Assembly: GCA_042571645.1 (NCBI GenBank)
Contig: JBHPFW010000006.1
Location: 4,131-68,130 of the forward strand
DNA: 64,000 nucleotides
Direction of reading: 5' to 3'
Source of the DNA: Nanobdellota archaeon
GTDB taxonomy: Archaea > Nanobdellota > Nanobdellia > Woesearchaeales > JBHPFW01
In this document: positions 45,390 through 56,900 of the stretch, one piece after another
How the letters are laid out: each line of letters opens with the position of its first letter
How positions within the stretch are numbered: the stretch's first letter is position 1
Made by a program: the position numbers and the translations under genes
The notes under the pieces: generated by a model
What the model saw: only the letters and a program-made list of their open reading frames with translations
Told to the model about the DNA's origin: nothing
Databases searched by the model: none

Positions 45390-45457
45390 TTTCCAAAACA
45401 TTTAAAAATACCCCCTGGAAATTCTGTTCAGGTGATATATTGAAAGCATATAACAGA

Positions 45458-45571
45458 ATGCCTGCCAGAGACACATTGGAAGAGCAACCTAAAAAGCCTC
45501 ATAAGGATGACTTGCTTAGGGGGATAGTGTTTACTCTTATTATTCTTGCTGGTTTATTGGCTATTTTGTAA
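45458..45571 (+). CDS. Possible 37-aa tail-anchored micro-protein
   Basis: Hand translation gives MPARDTLEEQPKKPHKDDLLRGIVFTLIILAGLLAIL, a charged N-terminus followed by one TM. It overlaps the convergent THUMP gene 3' end by 11 nt. It could be a chance ORF. Confidence 0.25.
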   Translation: MPARDTLEEQPKKPHKDDLLRGIVFTLIILAGLLAIL

Positions 45572-46514
45572 GAAGTAATATCCTTTTGGATAGACTTTTG
45601 TGTATATATTGCTCAAATTCCTGGTTTTTCTTCCATTTTGTGTTTTTTAGAATTTTTTTATAGTTTAGATTACTTGGTATGATTATGGTTATTTTCTTTT
45701 TTATTTTATTATAGGCATTATTTAAGAAATCAGTGACTAATTCCTCAACATTTATCTTTTTTGAAGTGTTTCTTGCATAAGGTACGTCTGTAACAACATA
45801 ATCATATTTTTTCTTTATATCTAAAGCATTGTTTTTTATCAGATTAATTCTCACACCCATTTTCTCTGCATTTGATTTAGCTTTCTTTATTATTGTTTCA
45901 TCAAGATCATACCCTTCTGCTTTCAAGCCCATTAATTTTGCTTCTATTAGTGTTGTTCCAAACCCCGCAAATGGATCCAAAATAACTTCATTTCCAGAAA
46001 TACCAGTCAGATTAATGCACGCTCTTGTCAGTTTTGGAGAAGTTATGATTGGTCTGGATTCAGGCAATAGCCTCCCAAATCTCTGCAGATAGCTCTTATC
46101 TGTTTCACATATGAACCTGCCGCATAACCATCTTTCACCAAATTTAAAGAAAAATATCTTAGTAGAAGCATTCTTGAGATTGACTTCTGGATTTTTAAGT
46201 TTTTTCCAGATTATTTTTGAAAATTCCTTTTCTTTTGATAATGAGCTTTTTGGTGTATAGACTTTTACAGAAAAATCTTTTCTATACGCTCTTTGCCAAT
46301 CAAAAGTTTCAATCTTTTTCTCAAGATTTTTTGTCATAAACAGAAACTCAAAGATATTATGAGTATAAGCTAGTTTAGCTAATTTTTTTAAATCTTTATT
46401 TGTTTCCAATACAACATATTTATCAAATCTTTTAATGGTGCTTTTTGTAGTTGCTTTGATTTCTTCAACACCTAACAAAGGATTGTCAAGGCTTAATTCA
46501 AGAATTAGTTTCAT
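45561..46514 (-). CDS. THUMP-domain SAM-dependent RNA methyltransferase (Trm11/Trm-G10-like tRNA guanine-N2 methyltransferase)
   Basis: An N-terminal THUMP-like region is followed by class I MTase motif I (VILDPFAGFGTTLIEA) and motif IV (VVTDVPYA). The gene begins 2 nt after the 1043-aa gene stop. Confidence 0.65.
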   Translation of the reverse strand: MKLILELSLDNPLLGVEEIKATTKSTIKRFDKYVVLETNKDLKKLAKLAYTHNIFEFLFMTKNLEKKIETFDWQRAYRKDFSVKVYTPKSSLSKEKEFSKIIWKKLKNPEVNLKNASTKIFFFKFGERWLCGRFICETDKSYLQRFGRLLPESRPIITSPKLTRACINLTGISGNEVILDPFAGFGTTLIEAKLMGLKAEGYDLDETIIKKAKSNAEKMGVRINLIKNNALDIKKKYDYVVTDVPYARNTSKKINVEELVTDFLNNAYNKIKKKITIIIPSNLNYKKILKNTKWKKNQEFEQYIHKSLSKRILLLTK

Positions 46515-46516
46515 TC

Positions 46517-49500
46517 TTACAGCCTCTTTATTTGCTGTTCAAGCCTTCTTATTTCTCTGTCTGCTCGGGATAATGACATTGCTCTTTTTATTTTTAGAAA
46601 GAAGTTGTTTGTTTTCTTTGGTTTTTCTGTTGTTTCTAAGTCTTCACATGATTGTTCTTTTTTTCTTTTCTGAATGGTTTTTTGTTTTTTAATCATAATT
46701 TTTTTTGAGTCTTTTCTGATTGGCTTGTCTTTCTCATTCAGGACTTTTGAAGGTTTTTCTGGTAAACGAGTTATTTCTGGTTCTGTTTTCTCTCTGATTA
46801 ACATAAGTTCATGATCTGCTTCTACAGGTATGTAGCTTTCTGCAGCAATTTCAGGCATTATTGATATTTCTTGGTCTATCTTATTTGTCATTGCTTCTGT
46901 TAAAGCTGGTTCTGCTTCATATAATGATTCTCTGTGGTGCTCAAATTTGCCAAAGTAAATCAGTATAAAGCCCAAAATAGGAACTATGAGGAATGGCAGG
47001 ATCATATTAAACCAGTTTATAGGACTTAACAAGTCCTCTCCGAGATATTCTGCTATTGGCAAAGTTTTTATCTGTTTCAGACAGTCTTCATCAATCTTTC
47101 CCTCTACTTCATATTGAAGATCTATTTTGTCTGTTAGTTCTGCATAATGCCACACCACTATAGGGTCATCTTTTACTACTTCGAATTTTTGATTGTTGAA
47201 TTTGATGTCTTTAATGTGTTTTGCCAAACATTTGGGTATTTCAAGATAGACTCTTACATCCTTCATTGCTTTTTTAGGCCTGATTTGTGTTTCGATCTTG
47301 GTTTTTTCATCCTCGTAAATGCTTTTGATTCTTACTGATGTGGCGTTTTGTGTTGCAAGTGTTTTTTCTGTTAGTTCTTGAAGTTCTTTTTCAGATATTT
47401 GAGAATCAATATCCCACTTTATTTGCTTAAGCATGTCTTCTGTCATTTCTTTGTTTATTTTGTATGAAAACATTACAGACTTTCCTGCTGGTATTTTTGG
47501 TATGTAGAATCTTATTACAGGATCTGAGTTTATCACTTCAAAATTTCCTTCTATTTCATCTGTGGATTGAGCTATTGATTTTGGGATTATTACAGTTACT
47601 GATACATTGTATAGGCTGATTAGTTTTTCATTGCCTAATCTGTATCTTATCTCGGATTTTCCATTGCTGACATAAAGTTCTGTTGTTACTTTTAATCCAA
47701 GCTGTTCTAATATTTCATCAACAGTAGCCATGTATTGGGTGCTTAGATCTGTTGGGAATGGAAGTCTTTCTGATTTTGGGATTTCCTCTTTTGGTTTTTC
47801 TTCTTTTTCATAATCACAATAAGCTTCACAACTACCTTGTTCCTTGCATTCATCATTTGTTTCTTCTTTGTCATCATCACAGTCAGAGTCTGACTTGCAT
47901 TGCGGCTCACAATGCTCATATTCACAGCAATTGTTTGTGCAGGACCTGCTTATGGTGTATGCATTTTGTTCCTTAACACACTCTAATTCCGTTACACATG
48001 GTTCTGTGCAGAATTGACATAATGATCCTAATGTTCTCGGGTTTAGGCAGCTATCTGTTGTTAAAGGATTCTCATCATCACAGCTTGTGTCTGCTATACA
48101 ATTAACAATAGTGAATTTAACACTATCTGTATCAGTCATATCTAAGATATCTGTCACTGTTAATGATACTTCTTCCTCACCAATATCCTCATAAGCTTTG
48201 GTTGTTTCTATGCCATATTCCCCAAAACTCCAGTAGTAATCTGTTATTCCTTTTTCTGAACTACTTGCCTGAGTAAAAGGTATGTTAAACCCAACTGTAA
48301 AGAAGTCTCCCTCTTCTGGATTAGTTATCTTTGCAGTCGGTCCTGTGTATAGGGTTGAGGATCCACTCCCGCCGGAAGATCTTTCTTGTGTTTTCAGATT
48401 TCCTATGTAATTATAACAGACACTTGTGTTAATAGCTCCATTCATACACGGAAAAGTACCATAAGTTGAACAAATATGTGTATTAGGACAACAAGATTGA
48501 CTTGTAAACTCATCCACAACAGTATCTCCATCATTATCTACTCCATCACATGTTTCTGTTGAAGAGTTTTGAACATATAAGGTTATATAATCAGAGTCTG
48601 TAACATTTACTGGATCAGTAATATTGAAAGTTATATTCTTTACGCCCAGATAATTAATATCGGGAGTTATATTTGTTTCATAGGGAGTAGTTTGGTTTAT
48701 CATAATATTCATATTTGCTGCAGGAGTATAATTATACATTATTTGTGATTTATCCTGATCCCACAACACACAAGTATCCATATCAAATATTAAACTGCTG
48801 TTAACTAGTATCGAGGATTCTTTTAAATCACATAAAGTATTAGAAAAATCAAGATCAGGACCACCATATATAGAGAAATTAACCTCTCCCTCGGTGATGT
48901 AGAAGTTTGGAGTATTAGCATAAATAGTAAAGCCATCTTCTTTAAGGTATTTTTCAGTATTTGTAGAAATAATCATATCTGTATTTGACTCATTTAATAC
49001 AAATAAAGAAAAATTATATATTGCAACAGTCATATTGCTAACATTTGGTAATGTTAAATACAGATCTTCGTCATTTCCTCCTGTGAAGTTTATTATACCT
49101 TGACGATCCGACATTAAAAGGACACTAATATTATAAGCACTTCCATTACCAGTATTATTCAATGTTAAATTAAATGTAAAATTCATCCCAACAATTAATT
49201 CAGCATTATTTGGCTGTATAGTAATTGTAATATTAGGATCAGCTACTTGAGAGGTGATATTAACAGTTACATTATTTGTAGTATTAGCTGTTCCATTATT
49301 GAGAGTAATATTGAGTTGATAAACTCCAGTTACATTGTATGTTAAATACCAGTCATAGATAGTCATTCCTCCATTTAATCCTTGTGGATTCAAAGCTGAA
49401 ACAGCAGTTTTTATTGAAAAATTATAAGGGAAAGTCACTGTTGCACTCCCATCTTTATAAGCACCCCAACAATTACTTCCAATAAAACAGACTGGAGTGG

Positions 49501-49648
49501 TATCTGATAATTCTAGGTGTATATCTGTACCAAAAGATACTTGAGTCGGAGTACCAATATAAGTTAAACTAGCAGGCCAATCTGCACCATAAGCATAACT
49601 AAGAAGAACTATTAATCCAATAATCCAAATTAATATCTTATTTTTCAT
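46517..49648 (-). CDS. 1043-aa surface protein: signal, CWG-motif N-domain, CARDB-like and PKD-like domains, Cys-rich regions, TM and a Lys-rich cytoplasmic tail
   Basis: The signal is MKNKILIWIIGLIVLLSYAYG. Other elements are NCWGAYKDGSATVTF, FNLTLNNTGNGSAYNISV (CARDB-like), CDGVDNDGDTVVDE (metal-binding-like Cys motif), YYWSFGEYG (PKD-like) and the TM MILPFLIVPILGFILIYF. Confidence 0.8.
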   Translation of the reverse strand: MKNKILIWIIGLIVLLSYAYGADWPASLTYIGTPTQVSFGTDIHLELSDTTPVCFIGSNCWGAYKDGSATVTFPYNFSIKTAVSALNPQGLNGGMTIYDWYLTYNVTGVYQLNITLNNGTANTTNNVTVNITSQVADPNITITIQPNNAELIVGMNFTFNLTLNNTGNGSAYNISVLLMSDRQGIINFTGGNDEDLYLTLPNVSNMTVAIYNFSLFVLNESNTDMIISTNTEKYLKEDGFTIYANTPNFYITEGEVNFSIYGGPDLDFSNTLCDLKESSILVNSSLIFDMDTCVLWDQDKSQIMYNYTPAANMNIMINQTTPYETNITPDINYLGVKNITFNITDPVNVTDSDYITLYVQNSSTETCDGVDNDGDTVVDEFTSQSCCPNTHICSTYGTFPCMNGAINTSVCYNYIGNLKTQERSSGGSGSSTLYTGPTAKITNPEEGDFFTVGFNIPFTQASSSEKGITDYYWSFGEYGIETTKAYEDIGEEEVSLTVTDILDMTDTDSVKFTIVNCIADTSCDDENPLTTDSCLNPRTLGSLCQFCTEPCVTELECVKEQNAYTISRSCTNNCCEYEHCEPQCKSDSDCDDDKEETNDECKEQGSCEAYCDYEKEEKPKEEIPKSERLPFPTDLSTQYMATVDEILEQLGLKVTTELYVSNGKSEIRYRLGNEKLISLYNVSVTVIIPKSIAQSTDEIEGNFEVINSDPVIRFYIPKIPAGKSVMFSYKINKEMTEDMLKQIKWDIDSQISEKELQELTEKTLATQNATSVRIKSIYEDEKTKIETQIRPKKAMKDVRVYLEIPKCLAKHIKDIKFNNQKFEVVKDDPIVVWHYAELTDKIDLQYEVEGKIDEDCLKQIKTLPIAEYLGEDLLSPINWFNMILPFLIVPILGFILIYFGKFEHHRESLYEAEPALTEAMTNKIDQEISIMPEIAAESYIPVEADHELMLIREKTEPEITRLPEKPSKVLNEKDKPIRKDSKKIMIKKQKTIQKRKKEQSCEDLETTEKPKKTNNFFLKIKRAMSLSRADREIRRLEQQIKRL

Positions 49649-49790
49649 TCTTACCTTTTTTGATATAGTATTCCAATAGGTTTGATAGCTTCATCATTCT
49701 TTCATCTGCTTCTTTCTGTAATTTTGCCAGTAGTTTCTTATCTATAGAAATTGAGACTTTAGACTTAGTAATTTGGCCTTTTTTGGTCAT
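49638..49790 (-). CDS. 50-aa ribbon-helix-helix (CopG/Arc/MetJ-like) DNA-binding protein; not in the ORF track
   Basis: Hand translation gives MTKKGQITKSKVSISIDKKLLAKLQKEADERMMKLSNLLEYYIKKGKNEK. This reads as a beta-strand (KVSISID) followed by two helices. The 3' end overlaps the 1043-aa gene start (49648) by 11 nt. Confidence 0.6.
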   Translation of the reverse strand: MTKKGQITKSKVSISIDKKLLAKLQKEADERMMKLSNLLEYYIKKGKNEK

Positions 49791-49815
49791 TTCCTACTTT
49801 TATTACTTTTCCTAC

Positions 49816-49878
49816 TTTATAAATGTTTTGCTTAGAATCAGCTAATATGGGCTTTATAGATTAGTTTCTATAGAAATT
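49816..49878 (-). promoter_or_regulatory. TATA box and palindromic box upstream of the RHH gene
   Basis: TTTATAAA is at 49816-49823, about 26-33 nt upstream of the ATG at 49790. The perfect palindrome TTTCTATAGAAA is at 49865-49876. A 12-mer TCTATAGAAATT is repeated at 49741-49752 (inside the RHH gene) and 49867-49878. Confidence 0.35.
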
Positions 49879-49901
49879 AAAAACATAAGAAATAAAAAAA
49901 T

Positions 49902-50939
49902 TTAATCCTGAGTAATAAAAATAGCCACTAATAAAGCCACAATAATTGCTATTAAAATAACTATTACTGCAATCAAACCAAAACTAACATCCCATTCCCA
50001 GTCTATTAAAGGAGGCTGATCTGTTGTGTTTGTTTCATTGTCTGTTGTAGTAGGAGGTGGTGTAGTAACTGGTGGTGGAGTTGGTGGTTTAGGTGGCTCG
50101 GTAGTTGTTTCATTTTCTTCAGGATCTGGTATATTAGGTCCAGGTACAGGTGGCAATGGCCCACCTTGAGAATTCTCAAGAACATCATATGTTAAAACAT
50201 TTGATGTTACATCATAATTATCCTTGTTTCTCAGAATTATTGTTCCATCATCTAGTTCATAACTATTTACAATAACAGTTATCTCTGTGTTTTGACCCAT
50301 TTTTAGAGGCGTTATTGTATAGCCAAACTTTTTTCTTTCTCCAGGTCCTAATTCATCAACATCTCCTTCATTATTTGGAGAGAAATCAGTATCTAAACCA
50401 TAACTAACAAATGCATCAATATTCTTAGCAGTTCTTTCTCCTGTGTTTTTTATAATAAAACCCAGGTCATATTCTTTCTCTAAAAACAATTCGTCACCTA
50501 TGTCCTTTAATGTGATTTCAAGTTTTGGATAAGATGTTGTTGTAGGGGGTTCTGACATATTAATTTCTGAACTACTCTCACACTGGCTTTCAGCATTGGA
50601 TAAATCTATTGTAACTTCATAATTAGCTTCTTCTGTACATTCAAGTTCCCAATAATATTGATTTTTTGTATTTGACAAAGTAACAGTTTCAGAATTAGCT
50701 GTAGTTAATCCATCTGGAAGAACTATTGTTGCATTTCCATCTGCATACTGCCCCCAGCAGGTTTTTGCAGGGAAAGCACATGTTAAGGGTTGATATTCTA
50801 AGAAATACATAATCAATTCGTCACAAGTAGCATCTGGAGTAGTTGTATAAAAATCAACATTCTCACATGCTTCTGCCAAAACAATATTAATACTAATTAT
50901 AAACAAAACTAAGAATAAAACATATTTTTCTATTTTCAT
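49902..50939 (-). CDS. 345-aa surface protein: signal, CWG-motif N-domain, CARDB-like domain, Pro/Thr stalk and C-terminal TM
   Basis: Key elements are KTCWGQYADGNATIVLP (paralogous to the 1043-aa N-domain) and FIIKNTGERTAKNIDAFV. The stalk is PPKPPTPPPVTTPPPTTT. The TM is FGLIAVIVILIAIIVALLVAIFI. Confidence 0.75.
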   Translation of the reverse strand: MKIEKYVLFLVLFIISINIVLAEACENVDFYTTTPDATCDELIMYFLEYQPLTCAFPAKTCWGQYADGNATIVLPDGLTTANSETVTLSNTKNQYYWELECTEEANYEVTIDLSNAESQCESSSEINMSEPPTTTSYPKLEITLKDIGDELFLEKEYDLGFIIKNTGERTAKNIDAFVSYGLDTDFSPNNEGDVDELGPGERKKFGYTITPLKMGQNTEITVIVNSYELDDGTIILRNKDNYDVTSNVLTYDVLENSQGGPLPPVPGPNIPDPEENETTTEPPKPPTPPPVTTPPPTTTDNETNTTDQPPLIDWEWDVSFGLIAVIVILIAIIVALLVAIFITQD

Positions 50940-50949
50940 TTTCCAACCC

Positions 50950-53900
50950 TCATGATATTGTTACTGTTCTTTGTACTGTTAATTGATCACCAGGATGAGC
51001 TCCTGCTGTGACGGTGATATTATATTTTCCAGGTGTATCTATCTGATTTTCCCATGATTGAAGATTTGTACTTGTAGCTAGTGCATTATAAAAGCATTCT
51101 GAGTTTGTGCCGCAATCTTCTCCATTATTGTTCCAGGTACTGATAATATTATAAGTACCATTTATACTTATGGTTATTGGCATTCTGTATAAAAATGCAG
51201 TTGTAGGATTATTGATCTGTGGAATAACATAAAATGATGTGCTTACTGGTTCGTTTGCATTAGGATAATCAACAGGATCATACCATGTGAAAATAATACT
51301 ATCAACAATACTTCTTATCCAGATATTAGTATCACTACCTGTATTACTCGCATTCATGTCTCCAGGTGAATCATCATAGGCAGAGCTTGAATACATTCCA
51401 ACTAATGGATATATTGTAACAGTAGGGGTATAATTCATATAAACAGTTTTTGTTTCTCCAATTGAAAGATTAATATATTTGATATGTTTAGTATCGCCAT
51501 TTTCCCTAATTCTTACATCCAAATCTGTCTCATTAACATTTCCATAATTTGTAACATTGCCCCATACCAATACAGTATCATACTTGTATATTGTGTGGCT
51601 ATCATTGCCTTCCCATTCATAGTGGAAGGAATCTACACCAACATCATAGAAGCCTGTTTCTGCACCTGGTGAATTAGAGATTGGACTAGTATTTCCCCAG
51701 TTGTCTGTTGCATTGATAGCAGCATACCACAGAACTTCAGAAGCACCTAATCCTGTAATTGTGCAGGTTTCATTTGAGCCGCCCCAATCTGGATTAAGAT
51801 TGCTGCATAATGACCATTGTGCATTATCCCAGTCAGTTTGTGTTAATATAGGTGTTTGTGCATATCTTATTTCATAAGCAGTTGCTTTACCTACTTGGTC
51901 ATTATCTCCAGGAGCTGTCCAGAACAAATCAATACTTCCTTGACTACGTCCTGTTTTAACAACTAAGTTAGTTACCTGACCAGGACCTTCATTGTCAATT
52001 TCTATAGTTCCTTCAGCCACTTCTGTTTCTCTTCCTGCATCATCAAAACCAACAGCAAAAAAGGTTGTGCCATAAAAAGTATTATTTATTTTTGGCGAAT
52101 TCCAAGTATAAGAAAAGTAATTGCCGGGTGTATTATTTTGTCCTATGAATTCATAGTAAACATCAGTTTCATTTCCATTTAAGAACCAAAACTCCATATA
52201 TACAACATCATCACTAGTTGTAGAGGCATTCAAAACATATATTCCTTTGATTTCAGTGCCGAAAGTTGGATTAACCAAACTAACTTGAGGATTTAAAGTA
52301 TCAACCTTAAATGGATAAACATAATCAATAACTCCATCACAGTCAACTGTTAAATTATAATCATCATCCAAACCTGAGACATTTATTGATTTGTACCATT
52401 CCAAATTATCAACAGTATCTAAAGTACCATTTAGTGCTGTTCCAATAAGGTCATATGAGCAACTGGCTGCAGTATCATTGGTTGTTGCATTTATCCATAC
52501 AGAATCATTCAAGTAGAAAGTATCTGCTATTGGTGAAGTAATCTCTAAGCTGAGTGAGGAATTAGACGTTTCTTGAGGTATATGATGTTGTTCTGTACTC
52601 CAGTTACTAGGTTTGAGTTGTGCATCAATTGTTTGTATTGACCAGTAATATTCTTGGTCTGGGATATTTAATGAAAAATTCTTTAATTGCCTTACATTTC
52701 CAAATGCTTCTTCACCGGAAAGTTTTCCTGAAAAAATATCCTGTGAATCTGGACTTGTTCCAATTCTAAGATTGTATGTCAATAAGGTAGTAAGTGTTTC
52801 ATTATCAAAACCATCATTCCAACTTAAGGTTAACTTTCCATCGGAATATGTTGAATTAAATGATATTGGCGGAATAGGCATCGTATTTTGTATTGTAAAA
52901 TGATTTTCAAACATCTTGAATTCTTGTCTTACTGATTGTTTGTATTGAGAAACAAGAATGTCTTGATCATAATCTCCATCAAAATCATGGATTGAAACTG
53001 CTGAGGTAGAAAAAGTGTTTGGCAGCACTTGCAGGAAATTAAAATTTCCTAAGCCGTCGTTCAGATAGACATAATCATTTCCACTTTCAGATCCTGTGAC
53101 TATGTCTAAATAACCGTCGCTATTGAGATCTGATGTTTCTATATCCCTGGATATTCCATTATCAATAGATAAAGTTGAAGATAAAGTAAATATTCCTGTT
53201 CCGTCATTTTCAAATATCTTAACTGCACCTATAGTATCATAAATAATTGCCACATCTATGAATCCATCATTATTAAAGTCTCCTGATGCTACTCCCTCAG
53301 ACGTATCTCCTGAGTCAGTAAAATTATAAAATACTGTGAAGTGACCAGTTCCATCATTTTTCAAAAGATTTCTAGATTTAATGGTTTCATAATTGCTGAC
53401 GACAACATCTAAATCCCCATCATTATCCGCATCAAACGCATTAACAAATATAACATTTAAGGGTAACTCTTCATGGAATTCAAAATAACCTGATCCATTA
53501 TTTTTGTAAACAACTCCTTTATGATAATTTGCGCCTCCCGCAATAATATCTAAATCCCCATCATTGTCAAGATCTCTTAATGCAGGTTCATATAATGTCT
53601 TTCCAGCCCCAAAATTTTGGTAAACTGAGAAACCCCCCCCATCATTTTTGTATATGAAATGAGGATTTCCATTTCCATTTGCGTTAAAAAGATCCAGATC
53701 CCCATCATTATCAACATCACCAAATTTAACAGCGTTGGTGGTGTTTGGATCAGCATTATTAAGGCTTTGTTTCAGGGTAAAATAACCTGTTCCGTCATTT
53801 TCATATATCGCTGATCCTGTAGTTCCCCAATCGTATCCTCCGACTACAAAATCGTAGTCGTTATCTCCATCAACATCACCAATGTCCATTGAATTGGAAA

Positions 53901-56900
53901 AGGGACCATTTAGGCCTATGAATGATTTTGTTTGAGCTACTGTGAATTCAGGGAATTCAACTTGTGTTGTCGTAGTATTTTGATTATTCACTCCATCAAT
54001 TATCCAATATTTGATTTCATATGTTCCTGGAACATCATAAGTTATAGTTATTGTTTCAGTAGTGCCGGGGAAAACATAATCCTGATCATTATCAGTTATG
54101 CTATCATTATCGGAGTCAAAAGATGTATCTTTATCTATTATTATAGTTAGGAATTCACGGTCATATCCAGAATAGTTTATTTCTATCTCTCTGATAGTGC
54201 CATTAACTGTATTATCTGTTGCAGATATGTTTATTAATATTGTCTCATTCTCCGTGATTGTAACATTTTTAGGCACTATTAAGACAGGTGTTGCTGTATC
54301 ATTCACTATAAAGAAATTACCGATCTTATGAATTTTTCCCCATTGTTGGTTGTAGATATGGATGTCATATTTGCCTTCAGGGTATTCACAGGGTACACTA
54401 AATTCAAAATTCTTAAAATATTTGGTATGGTCATTTGGTATTACTAATGTTTCAGACGGATCTGAATCATTTCCGCTGTAAATTATGTTTCCTTGATTTC
54501 CTTGTGTATGATTCTCAACTACAAAAGTTATGTTGACTGTTGAGGCACCAGAATTTTTCCCAAAAGCTGTAAAATAAACTATGTCTCCGCAGGAATATTT
54601 ATTGTTGTTTTCGTGCTTGCCAGAATATATTATGTGCCCTTCCGAATTGAATGTTCCCATATATGTTCCGTCTTCATCTATAAATGCATCATGGCCTGTT
54701 TCAGATACTTTTATTGGATTTATGTTAAAGTCTTTTTCATCAGAATGCTGATAGATTAGGTGGTATGAACCATCATCAACGAACACAATATAATTTCCGT
54801 TTACATCTGTAACTGCATCCGGAACTTCTTTAGGTAGAAGGTTAGCATAATCTCCTGAATCAGATACGGGATCATAGACTGAAGAAGGATATACTGAAAT
54901 ATTTACATTCATTATAGGATTTCCAGTGTCTGTATCATAAACAGTTCCAGTTATGGAAGTTGTATAAGTCTTTGTTTCATTAATTACATCAGAATCATTT
55001 ACATTATTATCGATATCTTTCGTATGTACATTAATTGTGTATGTAGTATTAGGCAATAATCCAACTGCATGGTAGAATTCTTCTGTTGTGTTAATTATAT
55101 TCACTCCATCAAGATATATAATATGTTCTGAAAAATCAGTATCGTTTGGTTTAGTCCAAGACCAATTTATTGAAGAATTTGTTTTAGAAATCACATTAAG
55201 ATCAGTAATCTGAGCAGGAGGGTCATCTGAAACTATTGTTGTGTTATCTACTAATATTAATATTTCATTTGAACATAATTCAGCTCCATCTTCTTTGCCG
55301 TCATTTGGAATTAAACAAGCTTTCCATCTGTCTCCAACAGAAGTTTCCTGTTCGAGAATAACATCAGGAGGGTTTTTATTATACAAATAATTAATCTCGT
55401 CAGCTGATAAAGCTCTGTTAAAGATCATTGGATCGTCAATTGTGCCATTAGAAAAACAACTAAGAGTTGCAAAAGAACCAATATAAAGATCATTAATAAC
55501 ACCATCTCCGAGCATACCTGTCCAGTCAGCTATTTGTGAAATTGCAAGAACTCCATCAACATATATTTTCATTTCTCCATTAACATAAGTTGCAGCAACA
55601 TGGTGGAAGCCATTATTGTTTAAATCTACAACTGCTCTTAGGTCAAAATAATCCTTTGATGCATTCCAGACCCTGAACAATAGTGCATTATTGAGGGGGT
55701 TATACGCAAAAAGATAAGAGACTTTATTGCTAAATATTCTATGAGACGCTTCATTCCAAACACTTCCTGTTTTTCCTCCGAAATCCACCCAAGCAGATAA
55801 AGTTAATTCATCAACATTGGTCAGTTCACTGCTTCCAGGAACAATTATGCTATCATCCAGTCCATCAAATACATAAGCTCCGAAACCATCATGACCTGCA
55901 TCACTAACCCAATTTGCACCAAGAACTATTCCTTCATGATTATAGTCTGAATAATCTGAAGTAATTGAATCTGTGCTTCCACCTTCAAAAGGCATATTAA
56001 GCAACAATATTGGAGTGTCATTTATATACCAGTTGATTATGTTTTTAACAGGATCTCCTTCATCATCATATGTTGATTGATTATAAACCTGTAAACTTTC
56101 TGTTGTTTGATTTTTTCCAAGAGCTGATTCCAGAAGAGGTGCACTATGTTGAGGCGGAGTATTTGGTATTGGAATACTCTCAAGTATTGTAATTGTATTT
56201 GAGCATTTTTCCTGACCATCATCTTTACCATCATTTGGAGTTACACAAGCCACCCACTGATCATTTGTGTCTGTTTCAGCTGAAGAGAGTTTATCAAGAT
56301 TTGATTGATATAACAAATTAATTTGGTCTTGACTCAAAGCTCTGCTATAAATCATTACCTCATCAATAGTTCCGTTCAAAAAACCATTAACACCATAATA
56401 AGATCCCAAATAAACATCACGAACCTGATTATCTCCAACCGGCCCTGACCAATCTATTCTTTGAGATTTAACACGTAACCCATCAACATAAATATTCATC
56501 ATACCATTAGAATAAGTAGCTGCAATATGATGAAAACCATCATCAATTAAATTTACTTTGTATCTTGTATCGAATAATTTACTTTCATTCAAAATCCTAA
56601 ACCCGATAACCTGTGCTCCTGAATTATACCAAAGCAGATAAGAGCCAGTATTACTTATAATTTGCTGATTCAATTCCTGCCAAGTAGATCCTGTCTTGTC
56701 ACCAAATGAAACCCACGCAGATAATGTCAACTCATCAAAACCACTCAACTCACTATTACCAGGAATAATAATTGAATCATCCACACCATCAAAAGCATAA
56801 GCACCTTTTCCATCATAACCATAACTTTCATTCCAAACAGCACCCACAGCAAGGTTGATAGAATTATTATAGCTTGAATAATCCCGAGTTGAAACACCAC

